From an uncultured virus (IMG/VR IMGVR_UViG_3300035180_003568) (Duplodnaviria; Heunggongvirae; Uroviricota; Caudoviricetes): 64,000 nucleotides of DNA. Below, piece after piece: positions 30,838 through 38,060 of the stretch. Made by a program: the position numbers and the translations under genes. The stretch is taken from IMG/VR virus record IMGVR_UViG_3300035180_003568. One strand, given 5' to 3'. Position 1 is the stretch's first letter; every line of letters begins with the position of its first letter. Under the pieces are notes generated by a model. The model was not told where the DNA came from, did no database searches, and saw nothing but the letters and a program-made list of their open reading frames with translations.

Positions 30838-31299
30838 TTACTTATTTATTTTATGCGTATCTATGCCGTAAGATTCTAATAGAGAAATATCTATTTTATA
30901 TCTTTTCTGGCTCCTTTCAGCCCATAGCTCAAAAGCTTTTTGTACTATTTTCTCTGCGTCTTTTCTTTTTAGTTTATTTATCGCAATAAAATGATTCATT
31001 GCCACACACCGTTTACCAGATACGGTCGCAAAGCCAATATGTTTAACCAAGTGGCAATTTGGACAAAGAGCAATCATCCCGGTTAATGTTTGTGTTAGTT
31101 TTTTGTCATCAAACTCCCAAATTTCATGACATTCTACGGGATGGTTTGGTCCAACATCCCCGCAAATTTGGCAAACATGATAAGCTTGATCATATACTTG
31201 TTTTCTAATCTTATCCCACTCTTTCCGTGAAACGGCAGAGCGTACGTTAGAAAACCAAGATGTACTAGGAATTAGTTCTAAATCCAGCAATAACTTCAT
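30838..31299 (-). CDS. HNH-like nuclease
   Basis: CQICG...ECHEIW...ALCPNCHLVKH. Confidence 0.75.
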   Translation of the reverse strand: MKLLLDLELIPSTSWFSNVRSAVSRKEWDKIRKQVYDQAYHVCQICGDVGPNHPVECHEIWEFDDKKLTQTLTGMIALCPNCHLVKHIGFATVSGKRCVAMNHFIAINKLKRKDAEKIVQKAFELWAERSQKRYKIDISLLESYGIDTHKINK

Positions 31300-31776
31300 T
31301 ATTGTTCCACAAGCACAAATACTCGATCTGAACCGCCAGAACCTTCAACTTCAATAATTTTACCCTCTGCAATTAAAGAGTCAGCAGCTTCATGTACAAA
31401 AACTGTCACCTATGTCTTTAGTTACCCTAAGATATAAAATGAGTTGTAATTTTGGGTCGAGAGTTACCACATTTTGGATAATCTATATATCAGAGAATAT
31501 AATTCACTCTGAAGATTTTCTACGGGAATTGGATCCCCATTTGGACTGGCTATTTTAACTGTCCCATATTTGTGACGAGTTTCTAGTTCGTCTTTAAGAA
31601 TCCTGATTCTGGCTTGTATTTCTGAACGAGTCATAATATGAATATATCAGTTATTTACTAGACCTGCGGGAGATATATTTGCCAAGATAAACCAGACCCC
31701 AGTATATTCCATAAAAGGAAGAATATACAATATTAGAACAAGTATAAATGGTCAGAGAAAAACTACCGTTGTAAAC

Positions 31777-32422
31777 TTGCCAAACTCTTGTTCATCTTGC
31801 CAGTTATTTTCAAGACCATTTTCTTCCATTTATAAGAAAATTAGAATGTTCAATATTAATATTGAACATTTTCTTGGGAAAAAACATTGGCTAGGTTCTA
31901 TTAAATCTAGCAAATCTTTAGATGAGATATTAATTGAAAATAGCGACTATTCATGTACTTCAAGATTAAAGGATATTTTAATTAAAAATAATATTCTTTA
32001 TAATTCTTGTTACGAATGTAAGCTTGGTACAACATGGAATGGTAAAAAAAATATCACTTCAAATTGATCATATCAATGGTATTAGATCTGACAATAGAAT
32101 TGAAAATTTAAGAATTTTATGCCCTAATTGTCATTCTCAAACAGAAACATTCTCTGGTAAAAATGCCAGAAAAATTAAATTTTGTAGCTGTGGAGAAACT
32201 ATAAATAGAAGGCAAAATAAATGTAAATCTTGTTCTAGCATATGTAAAGAGAAAATAATTTGGCCAACAACTAAAGAACTTATAGAAATGATCCTAAATA
32301 TGGGATATCGACCAACTTGTCGAAAATTAGGAGTTAGTGATCCATCAATAAGGCGAAGATTAGAAAATCAAGGAATTGATCCCAAATTAAATAATCTAAA
32401 AATTTATTTCAAAACATTGTGA
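31777..32422 (+). pseudogene. tRNA-adjacent HNH homing endonuclease, frameshifted
   Basis: LDEILIENS...CYEC...WNGKK joins ISLQIDHING...NLRILCPNCHSQT across an A8 run at about 32044-32051. Confidence 0.75.
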
Positions 32423-32490
32423 TCTTTATGAGATTCGAACTCATCTCTTTCCTTTTAGAGAGGAAGGCACCACCACTATACCAAAAGATC
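32420..32490 (-). tRNA. Amber suppressor tRNA (anticodon CTA), copy 2
   Basis: Acceptor GATCTTT/AAAGATC, anticodon arm TTCCT-CTCTAAA-AGGAA, T-arm ATGAG-TTCGAAT-CTCAT; CCA not encoded. Confidence 0.85.
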
Positions 32491-32533
32491 TTTTATGTTA
32501 CTTTATAGGGGCAATCTATAAAGATAGATTGCT

Positions 32534-32609
32534 TGGTTCTTCCGGTGGGACTCGAACCCACGACCAAGATATTTAGAGGATCCTGCTCTAACCACTGAGC
32601 TACAGAAGA
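32534..32609 (-). tRNA. Amber suppressor tRNA (anticodon CTA), copy 1
   Basis: 76 nt; acceptor TCTTCTG/CGGAAGA, D-arm GCTC/GAGC, loop CTCTAAA, GTGGG-TTCGAGT-CCCAC, encoded CCA. Confidence 0.9.
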
Positions 32610-32887
32610 AAATAGACTATTTAGTCTTTATTGGTTTAGGACATTCGACCTCATCAAGAAGTGAAATTTCTTGTGCAAGAGATTCAGATAATCCTTGCAA
32701 TTTGTAAAACAATTTGAATTGTTCATCAGCCCAATCACCATCTAATAAAATATGATTGTCATTTACAACATGATAAAGTTTAATAGCTTTTTATAGATAT
32801 CTTTTCTTATTTTATTGAATGATTTATTTACAACAAGTCCCATAATAGTCTTTCTTAAAAGGTCCCCTGGGATGCATAATTCCAAAA

Positions 32888-33229
32888 TTATGTTTTGAAT
32901 GCCAATTTAATTTGTGAGACCATTTTTTTTGTTAAAGGGCTGGGCGCTATACATATAGCAGTTAGCTCGCCATTAAGATCTGGTTCATAAAAATTAGAAT
33001 AAGGTATATCTAAATTATTAGCTTTTTCACACAATTCATTTAATTCATTTTCCGTTTTTACACAAAGTAAGCATATATAATTTGAATTATTATACCAATC
33101 TCTATCAATCTCGGGATGATCGTTTGCGAATTCTCTTAATGCATGGCATAATTGTGAAGCTTGCTGACCAAATGTTAAATCTTCTCTGGTGATAACATAC
33201 AACTTATCACCTTCTTTAATCTACGTCAT
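32888..33229 (-). CDS. Peptidyl-tRNA hydrolase (Pth2-like) with in-frame TAG at codon 3
   Basis: KLYVITREDL..GQQASQLCHA...FYEPDLNGELTAICIAP; reading frame begins ATG ACG TAG ATT AAA at 33229. Confidence 0.82.
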
Positions 33230-33231
33230 AA

Positions 33232-33606
33232 TCATTCCCCTTTCAACCAGTTTTCGATCTTTTCCAAAGACCACCAACCATTCTTTATTTCATATTCCGG
33301 CACATGCTGATGCACAATCTCAAGAATTAATTTAGCCTTGGGCTTGTTATCTTCTCGGCAACGTTTTTCCAAAAGCAAATACGAATCGCCACGTAAAAAC
33401 GCATAAGCTAACAAGTGATGGCGCGCATCAATACTCACCAAGCGCTTGCGATGAGATAAACTCCAAACGACTTTATCCGACTTACTTTTCAGTAGTCGGA
33501 CTCTAGCTCGCTTGGCTTCAACCGCCAAGCCCTTAATCTTACCAATCAAACAGAATTTTGAATTATTACCGTAGATTTCATGACGAGCAAAAACATTAGT
33601 ATTCAT
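33232..33606 (-). CDS. Conserved-looking basic phage protein of unknown function
   Basis: GAGGTG SD before ATG 33606; KIKGLAVEA...ARHHLLAYAFLRG. Confidence 0.75.
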   Translation of the reverse strand: MNTNVFARHEIYGNNSKFCLIGKIKGLAVEAKRARVRLLKSKSDKVVWSLSHRKRLVSIDARHHLLAYAFLRGDSYLLLEKRCREDNKPKAKLILEIVHQHVPEYEIKNGWWSLEKIENWLKGE

Positions 33607-33632
33607 AATACACCTCATAAAAAGTCAAAACA

Positions 33633-33704
33633 TCAAACAATAGATTGAAGATAACTTTTACAAGGCGGAGCCCGTGAACGGTTCTATAAGAAATTATTTT
33701 TCAT
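33633..33704 (-). promoter_or_regulatory. Leader peptide MKNNFL[TAG]NRSRAPPCKSYLQSIV with SD-sequestering hairpin
   Basis: GAGGA SD 8 nt before ATG 33704; TAG 33686-33684; RAPP 33674-33663; stem 33667-33652 pairs with 33627-33611. Confidence 0.7.
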
Positions 33705-33879
33705 TCAATACTTCCTCAAAATGATTTTCTAGTTCTTCTTTTAACTCGGCTATTTCAGCCTCTTTTTTACAGTCACATTTTTTGTTAATTACTACGGTTG
33801 TAGGCGCCCACTCATCATTTGAGTAGTAGTTACAATCATGGCAATTCCCGTTACATTTTTCGTATTTTACATACCACAT
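33694..33879 (-). CDS. Small Cys-rich hypothetical protein
   Basis: 61-aa ORF. Confidence 0.5.
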   Translation of the reverse strand: MWYVKYEKCNGNCHDCNYYSNDEWAPTTVVINKKCDCKKEAEIAELKEELENHFEEVLNEK

Positions 33880-33897
33880 ATCTAATGATATGTGGCA

Positions 33898-34211
33898 TTA
33901 TTCCTTGCTGGTTAATTTTTCTAATAATGCGCGAGGATTTAAGAGTTCTTTTGGTTTTTCATCATCTAACACCTAGGTTACATGATCTGTAGTCCCCGGC
34001 AAATAATGTTCAAAATGTAACATCGTGGTTCCATTACCTTTATCTTTTTTAAGAACAGGAACAATGGTTGCAATGACATCACCTTCTTTTACTCGCACGC
34101 CTTCAGTAAGGTATGAAACAGGCATAAGTTCACAATAACCTAAAGCTCCTGATGCCCCTCAATAATAATTGAGAATGTTTCATTCCACCAAGGAGAGGGT
34201 GGTGTTGCCAT
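33898..34211 (-). pseudogene. M23-family peptidase remnant
   Basis: SPWWNET...GVRVKEGDVIA...MLHFE...LLNP; 5' truncated, one frameshift and an internal TAG at 33975-33973. Confidence 0.6.
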
Positions 34212-34274
34212 AATATTATGGGTAGATCTCACCAGCGTCAATGTCTGTAGATAATATCATTTTGTTCTTTGAAC

Positions 34275-34346
34275 AGAAACTGCTTTGCAAAAAGAAACTG
34301 CTTTGCAAAAAGAAACTGCTTTGCAAAAAGAAACTGCTTTGCAAAA
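34275..34346. repeat. Perfect tandem repeat, 4 x 18 bp (AGAAACTGCTTTGCAAAA)
   Basis: Direct reading; no spacers. Confidence 0.95.
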
Positions 34347-34417
34347 TTCAATTAATTGTCAGAAAAAGATTGCCATACTGACTGCATATCAGTGGTGGAG
34401 CTGTTGGTAAAAATTTG

Positions 34418-34771
34418 TGGAGCTGTGCGGTACTGCCCCGCAGTCCAAAACAGTCTAAATTAATATTCTTTCACAGATATAGTCAATTTCAATGTAATTG
34501 ACAACATTTCATATGATTTGCCATATGATAGCTAGATTCTGTTAATTTCATTTTCATGCCCGAAACCAGCATGAAAACTATCTTTGGTGAATTATACCCT
34601 GAGAGTTACTAAAGATACCTTACGTCAGGATATCCATTAAGCAGCTAGTGCTACTGGAGCAAATGCATTATCGTTAGCATTTATACGTTGATTGTGTTTT
34701 TAACCCGGTGATACAACCATCCGGAATCTGCATATTAACTCTTCGTGCTCTGTCGAATCTGTGTCAACCCC
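34418..34771 (-). ncRNA. ssrA: tmRNA (one-piece), tag ANDNAFAPVALAA
   Basis: 5' GGGGTTGACACAGATTCGAC, acceptor GGGGTTG/CAGCTCC with G3:U, resume context ATAAAT-GCT AAC GAT AAT..., tag ending LAA-TAA. Confidence 0.93.
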
Positions 34772-34783
34772 ATAGTTAAATGT

Positions 34784-35023
34784 TTAGTTAGCGATATACT
34801 TATAGTAATATTGTTCAGTTACCTCAAATGCCTTCTCAAGATTTTCTAAAGTTTTTGAATCCATGTTCGTAAGATCCGGATCGGTCTTTTCAAGAATTTT
34901 TACTGAAACATCTATGAAGTTAACTAGTTCAAGAATCTTTGCATGATTAGGGTGATTCTTTAGTAGTTTAGATGCTTCCTTGGCATGTTGTAATGCTTTT
35001 TTAATCTTTTCAAGATTTAACAT
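34784..35023 (-). CDS. Hypothetical protein
   Basis: 79-aa ORF. Confidence 0.55.
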   Translation of the reverse strand: MLNLEKIKKALQHAKEASKLLKNHPNHAKILELVNFIDVSVKILEKTDPDLTNMDSKTLENLEKAFEVTEQYYYKYIAN

Positions 35024-35278
35024 TTGGTAACTTGAAGCAGTTTTGCGCGCAATGGTTTGTGCGCGTGAGTTTCATAACACTGAAAATAATAGGTGAATAT
35101 ACTATTGCTTTATTTGTCGCGCGTTATCATAACAACATGATCATGTTTTGAAATTTTATAATGAAAAATGGGTTTATTCGTTACGTCCTGAAGGACATAA
35201 TAACCATCTTTTGAATCGCCCTGACTTCTTAGTAGTCCTCTTAAGAAGATTTGACCAATCATAATCTCCTAATAAAAA

Positions 35279-35352
35279 TGGAGCCCACAATCAGAATCGA
35301 ACTGATGTGATCGCGTTACGAGGGCGACATAATACCACTATATGATATGGGC
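35279..35352 (-). tRNA. tRNA-Thr (CGT)
   Basis: GCCCATA/TGTGGGC-T-CCA, loop CTCGTAA. Confidence 0.85.
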
Positions 35353-35364
35353 AAATACTTAATT

Positions 35365-35438
35365 TGGAGCCCTATTCAGGAATCAAACCTGAGCCTCATT
35401 CGTACCAAGAACGTGTACTATCACTATACTAAAAGGGC
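35365..35438 (-). tRNA. tRNA-Thr (GGT)
   Basis: GCCCTTT/ATAGGGC-T-CCA, loop TTGGTAC. Confidence 0.82.
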
Positions 35439-35498
35439 TTAATGATGGTTTCAGCTTTAAATTAGATTGCTAATTTCACCAACAACTATTGCAATCTT

Positions 35499-35573
35499 TG
35501 GAGCCCTATGCCTGGAGTCGCACCGGCATCTGCTGATTACAAAACAGCTATTCTGCTCTTGAACTAAGAGGGC
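35499..35573 (-). tRNA. tRNA-Thr (TGT), irregular T-arm
   Basis: GCCCT.../...AGGGC-T-CCA, loop TTTGTAA; T-arm has a bulge and TGCGA loop. Confidence 0.75.
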
Positions 35574-35613
35574 TAATAAATTAATGTGAGATTATTCCCT
35601 CATTCTCTACAAT

Positions 35614-35641
35614 AATATAACACCGAAAATTGTGGCGTCAA
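35614..35641 (-). promoter_or_regulatory. Sigma70-like promoter upstream of tRNA-Thr cluster
   Basis: TTGACG-N16-TATATT with TGn extension. Confidence 0.6.
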
Positions 35642-35660
35642 GGGGCGCCATTATAAAAAA

Positions 35661-36050
35661 TTACGGCATCTGTCCTTTTACATTACCAATGGCAATATGA
35701 AATCTATGTCTTCCATCTGGAGATTTTGTATATGGACAAGCCCAATTCTAGCCTGATTTTTTTCTAAATCTGCCGCATAAACATTTAACTAATAATATAT
35801 TTTGCCATTATAAACTACATCTTCATATTCAAATTCTATAGGATTTCCATCATATTTCTTCCAAAATTCCAATTTTATTGGAACTTAGTTTCTGATAACA
35901 GAAATATGAGCTAAGTATTTTTGCTTTGCTACATTAAAATATTTTGGTATTAGTGACCTATATAGGTCAGATAATGATTGATCTACTTCCATAATTAATT
36001 TGTGTTGATTGTCATAATATCTTAAAGTTCCGATAGATTTATAAAATATA
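35661..36050 (-). pseudogene. Degraded 2H-phosphoesterase-like gene (5' boundary approximate)
   Basis: YRSLIPKY...AHISVIR...RLELGL...FHIAIG, interrupted by TAA, TAG and frameshifts. Confidence 0.5.
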
Positions 36051-36199
36051 TTATTTTGGTTTAGAAGTTAAGTGTCACCCTTTACAAGTTTCACATTTAT
36101 AAACTCTTAGTGGTTTACCAGAGCTTAAAGCTACCGCCTCAGCACTTTTAAGAGTATTATATCTAATTTTATTAGGGAATTCAAAACACACTTTCATTG

Positions 36200-36991
36200 T
36201 TAAAAACTTTCATGTCTAAAAATATCCGCCCCATTCTTAAATATATTAGATAAGAATGATTGGTCTTTGGTAAAGATTGGTAAATCATGATTAACAAACC
36301 ATTTATTTTTCATGGTACCGTTAACAACTTTTGGAATCTTATAGCAAGCCGATCCTCGCTTATATGAAGCTGAATAGTCATTAAAATCAATATTACACTC
36401 TTGCCGCAACAGATCTACCTTTTCATCTATGCTTAATCCGGATAACATTTCTTTGATGGCGTTTTTGTCGTAATTTTTCTTTAGAAGCTCATAAAAACAC
36501 GCAAATTGAATTGATGTTTGAAAATTTTGCTGTTGCTTGAAAACCAATGCATTAGTAGCCTCTGCAATATTTGGGACTGCAAATACTTGTGTAATAAAAA
36601 TAGGCTCTCCAAGCAAATTCAGATCAATTGCATTAGAACAAGTATTAAAATGCATTGTGGCAATAGCTGATACTGCGGAACATATTTTTTGAATTTTATT
36701 ATCATACCAAGGGCTGGTATCAATACTCTGATCGTTACGGATGGCTAAAGTAATTTCATCATTATGCTGATACGCAAAAACCGCACCATCAATATCTGAA
36801 CAAAGCTTAAGCATGGTTGAAAACATACATTCGGCAAATTTTGGACAAAATGGCTTATCCAAAAGAGAAGTATTTTTGGAAAAAGAGCGCCCATTAACAT
36901 TGATAATTAATGGAACTTTGGGCAAAAGTCTAGTATTTGACGATTCTGAATAAGAATCGATTCTGTCTTTTAAAGATATAGCCATGTACAC
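36200..36991 (-). CDS. tRNA(His) guanylyltransferase Thg1-like protein
   Basis: PLIINVNGRSFSK, AYQHNDEIT, WYDNKIQK, YKRG. Confidence 0.85.
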   Translation of the reverse strand: MYMAISLKDRIDSYSESSNTRLLPKVPLIINVNGRSFSKNTSLLDKPFCPKFAECMFSTMLKLCSDIDGAVFAYQHNDEITLAIRNDQSIDTSPWYDNKIQKICSAVSAIATMHFNTCSNAIDLNLLGEPIFITQVFAVPNIAEATNALVFKQQQNFQTSIQFACFYELLKKNYDKNAIKEMLSGLSIDEKVDLLRQECNIDFNDYSASYKRGSACYKIPKVVNGTMKNKWFVNHDLPIFTKDQSFLSNIFKNGADIFRHESF

Positions 36992-37002
36992 TGATATAAC
37001 TC

Positions 37003-37500
37003 TTACTTAATTTCTCGCAATTTAGTCTTAATTAATTCTTTTAAATTACCATGAATTTTAGTTGATAGTTGTCCAGTAGGATTGGTTGATGGTAAATTAT
37101 TTAATGGCATACTGCCTATTAATAAATCTATTCTTCTTTTAATTTCTTGTGGGGATAATTGTTTTTCAAATTTCGCGCCAGCATCCGTAAGTAGATTATT
37201 GTATATCAATTGTGAAAATAAAATAAGATTTCTTAAATCGGGTATTTCTCCAGAAACATCTTTTATGAAACTTGAATTCTTAAGATCCATTAAATCAAAT
37301 TTGCCATTACTAGAATAGTAAATAGCTTGATTAATGTTAGACATAACTAATGTTAGTTTATCTGTATTTGCAGGCGTCAGCCCAGTTACTGCAGTTGGAT
37401 ATAGCTCTGCTACTATAAATCTTTGAGGCGTACCAGAAACAGAATTCGGTGCAGTTATAGCAATCTTTTTTAATATACTTATTCTATGTTTTATGTTCAT
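37003..37500 (-). CDS. Hypothetical protein
   Basis: 165-aa ORF. Confidence 0.6.
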   Translation of the reverse strand: MNIKHRISILKKIAITAPNSVSGTPQRFIVAELYPTAVTGLTPANTDKLTLVMSNINQAIYYSSNGKFDLMDLKNSSFIKDVSGEIPDLRNLILFSQLIYNNLLTDAGAKFEKQLSPQEIKRRIDLLIGSMPLNNLPSTNPTGQLSTKIHGNLKELIKTKLREIK

Positions 37501-37504
37501 ATTA

Positions 37505-38053
37505 TTATGCCTTAATAATAAGCATTATATCATCCCATCTATTATTAATGGGTCTTAGATCTACTGGATAACTATTATTTGTCAAATGTGTAGGCAACGT
37601 AGCTTTAATAGTATTTGTCCAATCAAATACTGGAATATCTTCAATTACCATAATTCCATTTGGCGCAAGTAATGAAGAATAATGTTTTGCAAAAAACAAC
37701 ATTGAATCAAGTGTATGCGGACCATCATCTATAAGAACGTCAAATTCAATATTCGCATAATGCGCATTCATAAAAGCGATATCATAAGCATTACCACAAG
37801 CAACAGAAATTCTGTCTTGATTTCTGTCAATCACCAATGGTGATAAATCAATGTCTGCTCCATATATTTTAGCACGAGGGAATAAATCTTTCCAGCAAAG
37901 AAGAGATTCTCCTTTTTGAATTCCTATTTCAAGTACATTTGAAACTTTATTCTCTAAAGGAGAGAATAAATTATCATATGTATCTAAATACTGGTGACCG
38001 CCAAATTTATCAGTTTGATAATTTTTTGCTAAAACTAGATCTTTTAATTTCAT
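37505..38053 (-). CDS. Class I SAM-dependent methyltransferase
   Basis: TDK..H.Y, VLEIGI..G.S, FDVLIDDGPH, VIEDI. Confidence 0.85.
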   Translation of the reverse strand: MKLKDLVLAKNYQTDKFGGHQYLDTYDNLFSPLENKVSNVLEIGIQKGESLLCWKDLFPRAKIYGADIDLSPLVIDRNQDRISVACGNAYDIAFMNAHYANIEFDVLIDDGPHTLDSMLFFAKHYSSLLAPNGIMVIEDIPVFDWTNTIKATLPTHLTNNSYPVDLRPINNRWDDIMLIIKA

Positions 38054-38060
38054 GTTATCC

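Noticed and set aside
32420..32609. Pyrrolysine tRNAs
   Set aside because: Both have canonical D-loop GG, TTCGA T-loop and 5-bp anticodon stems, unlike tRNA-Pyl; no pylSBCD in the window.
33973..33975. In-frame TAG in the M23 remnant as programmed readthrough
   Set aside because: The gene is also 5'-truncated and frameshifted; simple nonsense decay (e.g. TGG->TAG) is more parsimonious. The same applies to the TAG in the 2H remnant.
34275..34346. CRISPR array
   Set aside because: Repeats are contiguous with no spacers and only 18 bp long.
23632..37500. Shared K-x-A(-Q) motifs (NKYAQ, NKLAQ, KKIA) as prohead-protease sites in putative virion proteins
   Set aside because: Too short and too few instances to distinguish from chance in Lys-rich proteins within this window.
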